From Candidatus Pacearchaeota archaeon (GTDB lineage Archaea > Nanobdellota > Nanobdellia > Pacearchaeales > GW2011-AR1), in the NCBI GenBank assembly GCA_041679005.1, contig JBAYNB010000002.1, positions 1 through 36,167 on the forward strand: a stretch of DNA of 36,167 nucleotides, in the 5' to 3' direction. The notes beneath the pieces were generated by a model. That model did no database searches. It was not told the origin of the DNA and saw only the letters and a program-made list of their open reading frames with translations. Positions 36,080 through 36,167 of this stretch are shown here, in pieces. Made by a program: the position numbers and the translations under genes. The first letter of the stretch is position 1, and each line of letters begins with the position of its first letter.

Positions 36080-36150
36080 GGGCCCATAGTCCAATGGTAG
36101 AACACGTCGTTTGCAACGATGAGATTCGGGTCCGATTCCCGATGGGTCCA
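36080..36150 (+). tRNA. tRNA-Ala (anticodon TGC), no encoded CCA
   Basis: Hand-folded cloverleaf. Acceptor GGGCCCA/TGGGTCC carries the G3:U70 alanine identity pair. Anticodon stem CGTCG/CGATG with loop TTTGCAA. T arm TCGGG-TCCGATT-CCCGA. Discriminator A. The 16S-tRNA-Ala order is the usual archaeal arrangement. Confidence 0.92.
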
Positions 36151-36167
36151 TTTAAATCTTGAAAAAG

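Overview
This is an AT-rich archaeal chromosome segment. Its gene content and its short, divergent 16S rRNA look DPANN-like; that placement is my inference and is unverified. Most of the window is housekeeping. One minus-strand array (979..11318) carries a Nudix hydrolase, aCPSF1/FttA, proteasome beta, a stand-alone C39-like peptidase, Rad50, Mre11, a small RHH protein, an Mtq2/PrmC-like methyltransferase, a Gln-rich tail-anchored protein and RNase J. A plus-strand array (11442..24532) carries an extracellular protease trio, the exosome superoperon (Pop5, PsmA, SBDS, Rrp4, Rrp41, Rrp42, RpoK), enolase, rubrerythrin, desulfoferrodoxin and an ATP-cone/Mrr-like nuclease. A second minus block (24724..31475) carries hemerythrin, an MPE phosphoesterase, orphan genes, Lhr helicase and uS2. 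Secreted or membrane proteins follow (31663..34143), then the start of an rRNA operon (16S, tRNA-Ala). I saw no CRISPR array, transposase or integrase. There is no clear-cut novel system, and all functional ideas below are hypotheses. The best candidates are: (1) three orphan genes, two of them membrane proteins and one missing from the ORF track, sitting between Lhr and MPE; (2) the ATP-cone-nuclease fusion; (3) a 10-Cys membrane-anchored mini-protein coupled between an HtrA-like and a subtilisin-like protease, plus a free-standing secreted prodomain-like protein; (4) two secreted proteins sharing a 31-nt identical signal-peptide cassette; (5) unknown ORFs inside the exosome superoperon. RNA-level observations include a 19-bp helix bracketing the 16S, an 18-nt promoter shared by the rRNA operon and rrp4, and substitutions at normally invariant 16S decoding-site positions.
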